From positions 87,399,630 through 87,463,629 of the forward strand of contig NC_086376.1 in assembly GCF_036588685.1 (NCBI RefSeq): a stretch of DNA of 64,000 nt. The letters run 5' to 3'. The notes beneath the pieces were generated by a model, which saw only the letters and a list, made by a program, of their open reading frames with translations, was not told the DNA's origin and did no database searches. A program made the translations under genes and the position numbers. Source of the stretch: Mytilus trossulus. Its lineage: Eukaryota. This document shows, piece after piece, positions 53,444 through 64,000 of the stretch; within the stretch, counting starts at the first letter, position 1; the number at the start of each line of letters is the position of its first letter.

Positions 53444-53631
53444 TGTACAATTTCGATATTAGAATGGCGTTCATTATCACTGAACTAGTATAGGGGCCAG
53501 CTGAAGGACACCTCCGGGTGCGGGAATTTCTCGTTACATTGAAGACCTGTTGGTGACCTTCCGCTGTTGTTTTTTCTATGGTCGGGTTATTGTCTCTTTG
53601 ATACATTCCCCAATTTCCATTCTCAATTTTA
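53444..53631. mobile_element. Dispersed SINE-like repeat ('...ggtcgggttgttgtctct...ttccattctcaatttt')
   Basis: A second shorter copy at 55270-55338 is absent from the paralogous block at about 63415. Confidence 0.7.
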
Positions 53632-53863
53632 ACCACAACGCCTTTGACTGGAGAGGACTTCAAAGCCAGTCAAGTTCATTAAAAAAAAAGTACTGTTGAC
53701 GACGAACGAACGATAATTCGAGAAAAACTTGTTGCCTATATAGTTTGTTTGATGTTCGCAATAAAAATGACTTACACTTGTATTTGTCAAAACTTATGAA
53801 TTTTTGTTCCTCATTACTCTTTGACATCGTACTTTATTTGGCTTTTTAAACTTTTTTATTCGA

Positions 53864-53906
53864 GCATCACTGATGAGTCTTTTGTAGACGAAACGCCCGT
53901 CTAGCA
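53864..53906 (+). ncRNA. Type I minimal hammerhead ribozyme motif (stem I partly degenerate)
   Basis: CTGATGA-GTCT-tttgt-AGAC-GAAA-CGCCCGTC, within a dispersed repeat at about 53775-53955. Confidence 0.7.
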
Positions 53907-54466
53907 CAAAAACAAAATTTTAATAATTGTATCTGTGATGAGTTTATTTACATGTTAAGGAAGACGATAATTATAGTAGCATTGGCTTATTGTTGGTATG
54001 AAGATATCTCTCGTATTACGCACTTTCGTCCGAGTTAACCTCTTATTTTTAGTATTTTGAAATTTAAACATTTTAGTTTTAATTTTTTTTTTTATCTCTT
54101 TTACATTTCCACATAAGAACAATTAACCTTCCACATACGTCATGGTAATAATCATTACATCATCTCGATTTTGAGGAAATATATTCACATTTCCTTCTAT
54201 TTATTGTAAACAATACTAACATGCGTCATCCCTTTTCCCGCTTTTTGACAAGGTTTTAAAGGTCAAGTTCGGAGATGGGAAGAAAAAGTTGAAACATGTT
54301 TAACATCTAATAAAGATTATTTATGCTTTGTTAGTATCAGTCAACATTTTTACCTAAAATTGTTGAAGTAAAAATCATAAAAGCCTTGGTTATAAGTGTC
54401 GCATTAAACATAACAAATTAAACGTGAGTTGAAAGGTGAATATGTTTTGTTATATTTCACCTGCTA

Positions 54467-54476
54467 CTATAAAAAG
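54467..54476 (+). promoter_or_regulatory. Candidate TATA box of the temptin gene
   Basis: TATAAAAAG, conserved in the duplicate at about 63136. Confidence 0.4.
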
Positions 54477-54535
54477 GTAGTCCGGATGTCTTCTCAATGT
54501 AATGACGAACGTATATAAATTTAAGTAACAGTTTG

Positions 54536-54996
54536 TTTTATTATGCCCCACCTACGATAGTAGAGGGGCATTATTTTTAATGTCCGTGCGTCCGTGTGTC
54601 CGTCCTTCCTTGCGTCCGTCCGTCTGTTCCGTTTCAGGTTAAAGTTTTTGGTCAAGGTAGTTTTTGAAGAAGTTGAAGTCGAATCAACTCTAAACTTGAT
54701 ACACATGTTCCTAATGATATGATCTTTCTTATATTAATGCCAAATAAAACTTTTCACCCCAATTGTACGGTCCACTGAACATAAAAAATGAAAGTGCATG
54801 TTTCAGATTAAAGTTTTTGGTCAAGGTAGTTTTTGAGGAAGTTGAAGTCCAATGAACTTGACCACATGTTCCTTATGGTATGATCTTTGTAATTCTAATG
54901 TAAAATAAGATTTTTATCTCACTTTTACGGACCACTGAACATCGAAAATGATACTGAGAGTGGGGCATCCGTGTACTGTGGACACATTCTTGTTTA
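54536..54996 (+). mobile_element. Non-autonomous Helentron-type element
   Basis: ATGCCCCA / TGGGGCAT subterminal IR, CCGT microsatellite, two internal repeats and 3' hairpin. The empty site is in the duplicate at about 63210. Confidence 0.88.
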
Positions 54997-55049
54997 ATCT
55001 GAATCATCAATTTATTTTCCAGCTTAAAGAAGGATAAGGATAGACCACA

Positions 55050-58000
55050 ATGTTTAAAATGGTACGACTTTATATATATATAATGTCTAAAAATATATAT
55101 TTATTTGTATATAATGTCTAAAAATATATATATATTTGTAATATTTTGATAATAGTATATATTGTATTATGTTTGATTCTATACTAATAAACATTTATTA
55201 AAAAATAGAAAAGGTGTCAATATTAATTCAAAACCTTGATCGAAAAAAATAAAATAAATAAATGGACAATGCTGTTGGTTTTTCTATGGTCGGGTTGTTG
55301 TCTCTGTGACACATTCCCAATTTCCATTCTCAATTTTATAAATAATATAAAATCGTAGGGACAAATGTGTCTACCGATAATACCAATCCTCATTTGAAGA
55401 CATTTCAGCAATTCTCTATAGATGACAGTAACAGAAGTGCTATATACTACTTTCAAGTATGTGTTATGTTTCAATATTTGATGTTTAATTTGTTCATTTG
55501 TTTAGCACTGGGTCGAAAACCCTGATAATGAAATGTTAGTTCTTAATGTTGTTATAAGGTCAGTTGTCAGTGTTTCGGTACGAACATGATTTATAAATAC
55601 TTTTTTTGAAATCCTCCATCTGATAATTTAGAAACAACTAAGAAACTAAGGTTATATGTCCCTTTTGAAATGCTCCGATAGATATATAGTTTAAGAAACT
55701 ATTAAAAAACTGGGGTTCGATCTTCCTTCGACAATTATAAAAAAGAAGATGTGGTATGATTGCCAATGAGACAACTATCCACACAATGACACAATCAAGA
55801 ACAACTATAGGTCACCGTTCGGCCTTCAACAATGAGCAAAGCTCCTACCGCATCGTCAGCTATAAAAGGCCCCGATAAGACAATGTTAAACATTAAGATC
55901 GTGATTTTTACCTGATAAAGGTAAATCTAGAAAAGTGCCAATGATGCACCTTATTTATGTTACAGATTAATTGTCATTTTTATCGTCATAAAACGTTTTG
56001 TAAAATAAAATAGTTTTTTGTTTTACCTTTTAGTCCTTTTTATAGTTTTATTGGAATCTTTCATCTGTTCACAGTCGAAGTGTGACACGCATATAGTTAA
56101 CTTATAACGAATAGCCTATATATATAGAACTGTATGTGTTTTCATAAAGCCTCCGAAATATAATTTCATTTATCATCAACATGAAATAAAATGCATGTTA
56201 TACATAATCAAAAGTGCAAACGAATGAAAACAAAACAAAAAAGTTGTGTATCGACCTACTTTTTAAAAAAACCACTTGAGCCTATTTTACAGGTTGTTTG
56301 ATAGAGATGTCATTAATCAAGCCACAGTGTGATCTTAAGATATTTTAATCATAACTTACAAGTCATTGACATATCTATAACGAAAGAAACTAATTTTTAT
56401 ACAGTATAGAAAGAGCAAATGAATTAAACGTTGAATTTGCAAAACGGACAAGATGGTTTAATCCAACATTTTCTACATTTGAAAGTGCCTGTACTTAGTC
56501 AGGAATATGACAGTTCTTGTCCATTCGTTTTTGATTGTTATTTGATTTTGCCATGTGATCATGGACTTTCCGAATTAATTTTCCTCTAAGTTCAGTATTT
56601 TTGTGATTTTACTTTTTTCTAATTTAAAAAGCCAATCTCAAAAGTCAAGAGTACATAATCTTTTCAGATCTATACTATTAAGTGGAGAGACGGTTGTGAG
56701 AAAAAGCTTCTCTGAAACTACAAAATGAAGTAATGTTATGAAACATTGTATGTCACGTACGATATGAATATTAAGTGCCAGTCTTTGTACGAATCAGGCA
56801 ATTTTGAAAAAAATCAGAACATGGCTGAAAAAAACTTACCTACCCAGCCATCCTATTTTGAAGCAACACTCATCCTGACTTAGAAATGGTAGGTCTTTAG
56901 TGTCTGCGTGTCTGGTAACTTGAGAAATCTTTAGATAAAATTTGGTTAGAATGATAGCAAACTACAGAGTTAGCTCTCCTTAATTGTTAATTTCTAGTGC
57001 ATTGTAATCAAATTTTATCTCCAATTACCAGAATAGGACAAGGAAACGAATGGTATATTTTTGCATTATTATACATTCTGAACATAAATTAATGCCAACC
57101 TGAGTGGTTTTTTGTTTGTCATGTTTTCACCACTGCCTGATTCTTAGCTAGACTAGCACTTAAGCATGTTCTCAAATAAAAGGGGGCAAATACAAAGACA
57201 ATCTGGAAATCAAAATGTGAAGCGGAAAACCTAAATCGTATCTTGTTTAATATGTATGTGTAATCACAAAGATTTAAGTTCATTTTTTTTTGGCGACAGG
57301 ACCTTTGAGTATTTATATTCTTATTATAAAATTATATCATTTTCTCTCTAGGGACCTTCCTGTATCATACTGTTGATTAGTGTGCTGTATGTTATTGTAA
57401 ATGTAGATTGCTATCCATGGTTTAGAGACAATATACCAAATGGAGACTTTGTCCCTTGTAATTGTTCAAAACTTTCTGAAATGGCCTGGGAAGCTGTTGG
57501 ACATTTTAGTTTATTTGACGGTACAGCCAATAAAAATCCGTTTGGAATTGTAAGTATGATAGGGTAGTAAAGATAAAAAATTATAAAAAAAAAAAAATAT
57601 ATATATATTTGAATATTTTTTTACTGGACATCATTGACATCGGATGATAAAAAGTAAAATCACAAAAGTACCGAACTCCGAGGTAAATTAAAAACGGAAA
57701 GCCCCTTATCAGATGACAGAATCAAAAGTTTAAACACATCAAACGAATGAATAACAACTGTCATATTCCGGACTTAGTCCAAGCATCTTCAAAGGACTAC
57801 AGTGTTTGAGGATAAATTCATATACATTTCATCAATCAGTTAATAATGATCGATTAAATTTGGATGAAGCGTATCAAAATTGGCAGGAGTATATATATTG
57901 ATGAATTCAGTTGGAGCTATTAGAAATTCTAAGACGGGTTGAGCTTTCTTATTTCAATTAATTAATATCTTTGAAAGGCCCCATTAAATAGACGATTTTA

Positions 58001-59383
58001 TGGTATGGGGTTTTCACTTTTTTAAAGGCTCGACGGTTTCCTATAATTGCGTTGTACCTCCACGTTATTTAAAATTTTGAGGATAGTAATCACAGTGCAG
58101 TGGGAATCATACAATGGGCTCCTTATTTCTATAGGATTTGTTAGACAAGCAATAAGTAGACATTACATAATTTAATACGAAATAAACCGGTATCCACATT
58201 ATATAGATCAAAATGGTAAACTGATTTTAATTTATATAGGATTTCCGAAAAAATGGAATGAAATGGACACAAAGTTTGTGCAAAGGGGATTCCGACGGAG
58301 ATGGGTTATCAAATGGAGAGGAACTAGGAGATCCAAACTGTACCTGGATAGAAGGACAAACACCTGATTATGACGCTATAGGACATCCAGGTACTAACTT
58401 AGTTATTCGTGCTATATCTCTTGCACGTTAAATAAACTCATCATGGATACACCTTTGTAGATTTCGTAAAAGAACAGGTTAATGCCGCTTCAAAGCAGCA
58501 CTACCACCTGTTAAGTGGAAAAGGATTAATATAAGTTGCAAAACTTGTTTCTCAATCTGCCATAAATAAATATTATTTCACTAAACTAGTTATTCGTGGA
58601 TATGGTTGATTATTCTAATTCAACGTTCGATACGTTTAAAAGAGGGATGAAAGTTAACAGAGAGACAGTCACACTTAAAGACTGAAAATAAACTGACAAC
58701 ACCAGAAATAACTGGCTAAAAATAAAAAGACAAACAGACAAATAAGACACAACATAGAAAACTATAGACTAAGCAACACGAATCCCATAAAAAACTGGGA
58801 GATATCTTAGGTGCTCAAGAAGGGTATGCAGATCCTGCTCCACATGTGGCACTCGTCGTGTTTAATGTATCACTCAACCATTTTTGTGTTGGGAATCTTA
58901 AACTAACCCCTTTATGTTCGTGTGATCAATACGCATCGTGCAATATTTTACATTTTCAAAATTTTATTTGAATCCTTTTTACTTTTGGTTCAAAGGAAGA
59001 TTATTTTGTCTCAATTTTTGTTGCTGAAATGAGTTAATTGAGATATTGAGTGTACTCAATGAGTATGTCAAGAGACATCAGCGTCATCAATTGACAAGCC
59101 AGAGAAACAACATCAGTGAAAAAAGAAGATCGAAACCGATATTTCTATTAAATGAACAAGTAAACTCGATTGGTCTCGACCGTGATCGATCTGTGTTTTT
59201 GTATATATGAGCGGTATATTAAGGGTGTCTTGCGTTATTCATTCTTTGTAATATTTTATTTATATTTTAGGTATTTGTGAACCAATAGGAAGTAAGTTCT
59301 GCAAAGACTTAGGACAGTTGTTTACATGTGACTGTTTGGAAGAGGGTCAAGTCTGTCCCATTAACTTGGATGAAAGAAATTGA
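55050..59383 (+). CDS. Temptin-family secreted protein, about 157 aa
   Basis: join(55050-55061,57352-57549,58240-58390,59271-59383) gives MFKM|GPSCIILLISVLYVIVNVDC-YPWFRDNIPNG..AVGH..KNPFGI|DFRKNGMKWTQSLCKGDSDGDGLSNGEELGDPNCTW..GHP|GICEP...ERN*. It matches temptin motifs (IPNG, VGH, NPFGxDF, WTxxLCxxDSDGDGxSNGxELGDPxCxW, HPG). The 12-nt first exon is less certain. Confidence 0.9.
57352..57549 (+). CDS. Temptin exon 2 (signal peptide and N-half)
   Basis: TCTCTCTAG acceptor, GTAAGT donor, phase 0. Confidence 0.92.
58240..58390 (+). CDS. Temptin exon 3 (DSDGDG core)
   Basis: Open frame with the conserved temptin core; donor GT at 58391. Confidence 0.93.
58640..58862 (-). mobile_element. Short element matching the 3' tail of the Penelope-like element
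   Basis: The reverse complement aligns by eye to 47460-47675. Confidence 0.7.
59271..59383 (+). CDS. Temptin exon 4 (Cys-rich tail)
   Basis: TTTTAG acceptor; (G)ICEPIGSKFCKDLGQLFTCDCLEEGQVCPINLDERN*. Confidence 0.85.
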
Positions 59384-60189
59384 GTTGAAAATATGTGCTG
59401 AACGGAGACTTTTGCTGTCAGTGACGGATATAAGATTTTCTTTTGCTTTTTTTTCTATTGGGAGTTTCAACTGTTTGTAACTGGACCATTGAAACACAAT
59501 TAAGAAACGTTGTGACAAAAGTGTACATTTATCACGCTTCAGATCGGAAAACAAATTATTTGCATGTAAACAATTTATTTGCATACGAAAGCTTATTAAT
59601 GCAAGTCGCCTATCATACGTCTAGCAAAAAGGACGATGTTCTACGAATGGTTGTGATTGCTTACATTTAGATAATATCAAAATATTTAAAGTCATTTTAA
59701 CCATTTCATCGATAAGGATTGTTTTTAATTTTCAAAAAGCCTGTCATGAATTAAATTTTTTTTGTAAGTGAACTATTTTGTATCTTTGCTTTCAAACCTT
59801 TCGGAAGACATATAAAAAGGAATTAATTATACCCATCCACACTTTAGGTTAAAAAGTTTATATTCTAGGATAGGAGATTCATAAAGTTTGCACGAAATTT
59901 GCATTTTGAATACTCATATATTTTTGTACACATACATGTTTGTGTAACTTTCTGTGATGACTTATGTTATGTTTTATAAATGTATATATTATGTTAATTT
60001 CATTAAATGTCAACAATTTCAAATGATAATAAAAATTTGATCATGTTTCTTGTTTGTGTCGTTCACTATTCAGTTGTAAAATATTTTCATATGCTGCTCG
60101 GACAAAAAAGCAGTTGTCAGGTCAAAATAACTTATGTTATTAAAGTTTGATAATATATGGTAGTGTTTGTTACGGTGACAAAAATAGTT

Positions 60190-60998
60190 ATAGCGAACCC
60201 TATGATAGTTTTCCATAGATTCACATGCGAGTTACCTGTCGATTTAAATTTTGGCAGTTATATTGTCCCATCTAACATATACAACAGGAATTGTTCTCTG
60301 TATAGTTTATTCACTCAGACCTTTAAATTTCTTCCAAGAGAAATCTATCACTCATTGATTAATTTACCTGACCAAAAAATAGAACAGTCAATGATGACTT
60401 TTGTTTATACCAATACTAAGAAAGGATTCACAAAACTGCATGTGGTGTTGTATTTATTCAATACCAAAAACTCGTTTTTACTGTGTTCAATATTAATACT
60501 GATTCAAAAATTAAAAGTTGATTTCTGATCAAATATTCAATATTTTTGTGTGTTTGATGAATAAAACTTTGAATATTATTATTTTTGAATTAAGGTCTTT
60601 ATAAAAATAGTCTATAAATGGTCAACAACAAAAACATGCAAATTCATTGGAACAATACTAAAAAATGTGTCTGAAATAATCTTTTTATTATTAAATCAGA
60701 TTTTATATTGAACAGGTTGAAAATATATTAAGGATATTTTGAATAAATACAATATCTCATAAAGTTTATTTGAGTTTATAGAAGTATTTCAATAAAAAAA
60801 AGATTTGTTTTGGTCAGGTAAATTAATTCATGAGTGATTTATTTCTCCTAGAAAAAATTTAAAGCCCCAGGTGAAAAAAACTATACAGAGAATAATACCT
60901 GTTGTATTTGTTAGATGGGACAATAGAACTTACAAAAGTTTAAATCGACAGGTAAATTGCAGGTGAATCTATGGAAAACTATCATAGACTTCGCAATA
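60190..60998. mobile_element. Element with about 190-bp imperfect TIRs
   Basis: 60190-60378 (CTATGATAGTTTTCCATAGATTCAC...TTACCTGACCAAAA) is the reverse complement of 60808-60998. Confidence 0.85.
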
Positions 60999-62094
60999 AA
61001 ACCCAACGATTCACTGCCACTTGATGTAGTCAAAAGAAACATTGTATAGTAAACTAGATGTCTTTTACAATTCAACATAGTACTACAAAATGTAGTATTG
61101 GAATTTCCCGTCTTTATTTATTGTCTTAGACTCGAGTATTGATTCTGAACTTCAGTACTATTTATGCATATACATATATAAGATTCCAGGGCTGTAAGCA
61201 TAAAAGTACTAAAATTAAGATTGGTTACGAACAGACGGATTTTTCTTCATATCTTAAGAAAAATCAGTACTACGATTGAATATCTTAAAGTTTTCCCTGC
61301 ATATCAGCTCTGATCAAAATATTCCTATTGAGACATTATGGCTAAGGTCCTTAGTCCTAACCCATAATGTCTCAAGTTTAAAAGCCACACTTCAATGGAA
61401 TAATCGTCTTAAATAAATTTTATTATTTCTCTTCCGATCCATCTGAATAAAACGCACATGGCTTCGAATATTTTTTTTTAATTTTGTTTTGTTTTAAAAA
61501 CTTGATATACACCTGCAAATAATTTACCTTGTATAACCCAGAGAAGTCTAAACAAGGGGTCTTGTGTTTACAATGATCCATCGTATAGGGGTAAACCGTG
61601 GACTCTATTATATATATATATATTTTTTTTGGCATATTAAGTAATACATTCATATTAAGTACACAGACAGAGTTTGCGTATACAAGATTTATAACATTCT
61701 ACAGTAAATAAAATACACCAAAAGTCCTCAAAAGACACACTACATTCTACACAATATTTTACCTTCACTTATAATTGACATCTATTTTTTTGTACGTTGG
61801 CTTCGCATATTGGTTGTTTTTGTTAATGCGATTCATTCAGACTCTTACATACATTAGTAAAGACCAATATAAGCTGTCACATATCTTTCTTTTTACCGCA
61901 ATGAACCAACATATTTTTAATGCAATCAGCCACGATTTTCATTGTTTTTAAGACTGCATATAAGAGGATTTAGATAAATCAGTAAAAAAAACAACAAAAA
62001 AACAAAAAAAACAAAAAAAAACCAAAAAAAAACGAGTTGTCAAAGGTTTCTGGAATAATATTAGTTATCAAAGGTACTAGGATTATATTTTGGT

Positions 62095-62138
62095 ACGCCA
62101 GACGCGCGTTTCATCCAAATAAGACTCATCAGTGACGC
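62095..62138 (-). ncRNA. Type I minimal hammerhead ribozyme motif
   Basis: Minus strand reads GCGTCA-CTGATGA-GTCT-tattt-GGAT-GAAA-CGCGCGTC-TGGCGT. The core is intact and stems I and II pair with wobbles. It lies within a dispersed repeat at about 62052-62290. Confidence 0.8.
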
Positions 62139-63044
62139 TCATATCAACATATTTATATAGCCAAACAGAGTACAAAGTTGAAGAGCATTGAGGATCCAAA
62201 ATTCCAAAAAGTTGTGCCAAATTCGACTTAGGTCATCTAGTCCTGGGATAAGAAAATACGTAGTTTTTCGAAAAATTAAAAGTTTTTTAGGGTCGATTTT
62301 TGGCTGAAAATCATCATGTGTAGAAATCGACTGACTGCTAGTAACACTACAAAATTGAATAAAAAATATTTTGGAAATCAAGTTGCACATCTTATCACCT
62401 TAGCGGTCCCAAAACTCAATCCAGCCAATTGTCAATGAGTTAACACACTATTAATATTGATCTGAGCCTATTTATGATATTGTCAACAGTATATACTCAA
62501 ACGTCCACGATTTTACATTTGTGAGAACGGGAAACGAAATCGGATATTTACTGTTCATGATATTACTGGATACTAAGAGTAAACACGCCAACAATAGTAA
62601 GTTAACCAAACGTTAATAATATGAGGTGTAGAATAAACAATTAACAAACCAAGTCAGGAATATGACAGTTGTCGTCCATTCGTTTGATATGTTTTGTCAT
62701 ATGATTATGCCAAATGATTATGGACTTTTTGATTGAATTTTATTCGGAGTTCAGTTTTTTTGTGATTTTACTTTTTACACACTCATTCCAACAAAGAAAT
62801 TACCAGTATATTTGAATCTTCAATTCTTTTGACATTTTGTTTGGTGTTTAATTCTTCGAAGGAGTACTTGGTAGACTTGTTTTCTTTTAAACTTAACAAG
62901 GTTGAAAAGGTTAAATGTTATTTCAAAAGGAAATACAAAACACTAATGAATAAAAAAAAAACAACGTTGAACCACAAACGTCTGAATTATCTCATCGCGA
63001 AGTGGAATTATCCATTTGTGGATTCTTATAAATTCTATATAACT

Positions 63045-64000
63045 TAAAAGCCTATGTTATAAGTGCCGCATTAAACATAACAAATTAGACGTGAGTTGAA
63101 AGGTGAATTTGTTTAGTCATATTTCACCTGCTTATTATAAAAAGGTAGCCCGGATGTCTTCTCAATGTAATGACGAACGTATATAAATATAAGTAATAGT
63201 TTGTGTTATTAGATCAGAATCATCAATTTATTTTCCAGTTAAAAGAAGGATAAGGATAGACCACAATGTTCAAAATGGTATGACTTTATATATATATTTG
63301 TAATATTTTCATAACAGTAAATAGTATATAATGTTTAATTCTATACTAATAAACATTTATTAAAAATTAGAAAACGTGTCAATATTAATTTTAATCCTTG
63401 ATGGGATAAATGGACAAACAATATAAAATCGTAGGGACAACCGTGTCTTCTGATAATACTAAGCCTCACTTGAAGACAATTCATCAATTCTCTATAGATG
63501 AAGAACAGTAACAGAAGAGCTATATACTACTTTGACGTATGTGTTATGTTTCAGTATTTTATGTTTAATTTGTTCATACGTTTAGCACTGGGTTGAATAC
63601 GCTGCTCATGAACTGTTAGTTCTAAGTGTTGTCATACACTCAGTTGTCAGTGTTTTGGTACAAACATGATTTATAAATACATTTTGGAAATTATCTATTT
63701 GATAATTTAGAAACAACTAAGAAACTAAGGTTCCATTTCACTTTGATATTGTCCGCTATATATATAATTTAAGAAACCAATAATAACCAACAATCTGGGG
63801 TTCAATCTTCCTTCGACCAATTTATCTTGGCTATCATTTCTATGTTCATTTTTGATCACAATAATCCTCATGTGTTCAGGAATTTATACAGCCAATACTT
63901 TAAAATTTAAGAAAGTTATTTTTACCTGATAAAGATAAATACAGAAGAGCGTCAAGGATACATCTTATTTATGTTATAGATTAACTATCATTTTTATCGT
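63045..64000 (+). repeat. Segmental duplication, copy 2 (runs off the window)
   Basis: Colinear with 54378-55986. Confidence 0.93.
63266..63277 (+). CDS. Putative first coding exon (MFKM) of a second temptin paralog
   Basis: ATG TTC AAA ATG|GTATGA vs ATG TTT AAA ATG|GTACGA in copy 1: only a synonymous change, with the donor kept. Confidence 0.55.

Larger units (their letters stand above)
54378..55986 (+). repeat. Segmental duplication, copy 1 (temptin upstream region and first exon)
   Basis: Colinear with 63045-64000 once three insertions are removed. Confidence 0.93.

Noticed and set aside
56886-56888. Alternative ATG|GTAGGT micro-exon for temptin
   Set aside because: Phase-compatible and not excluded, but the 55050 exon is preferred because it is conserved in the duplicate near a TATA-like box.

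Overview
AT-rich eukaryotic genomic DNA with spliceosomal GT-AG introns. The temptin gene and the repeat landscape suggest a mollusc, probably a Mytilus-like bivalve (inference). Two host genes can be assembled by hand on the + strand. (1) A 9-coding-exon gene at 14717-28005, about 1145 aa, with an N-terminal PH domain, a long disordered linker rich in Tyr and PxxP motifs, and two C-terminal PDZ-like domains. (2) A secreted temptin-family gene at 55050-59383, about 157 aa, whose promoter and first-exon block is duplicated at 63045-64000, implying a tandem paralog. The rest is repeat-rich: 34-bp and 55-bp satellites, a 525-bp x4 tandem, a 6.4-kb three-ORF LINE (esterase / PHD / APE-RT), a decayed Penelope-like RT element, Helentron-type non-autonomous elements with internal satellites, hAT, Harbinger and Tc1-type MITEs, SINE-like repeats and two hammerhead-ribozyme motifs. 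The most unusual signal is that four splice junctions of the PH-PDZ gene have been tandemly duplicated into the adjacent intron. One has grown into a ~75-copy, 4.1-kb satellite whose unit is the exon end plus the GT donor.
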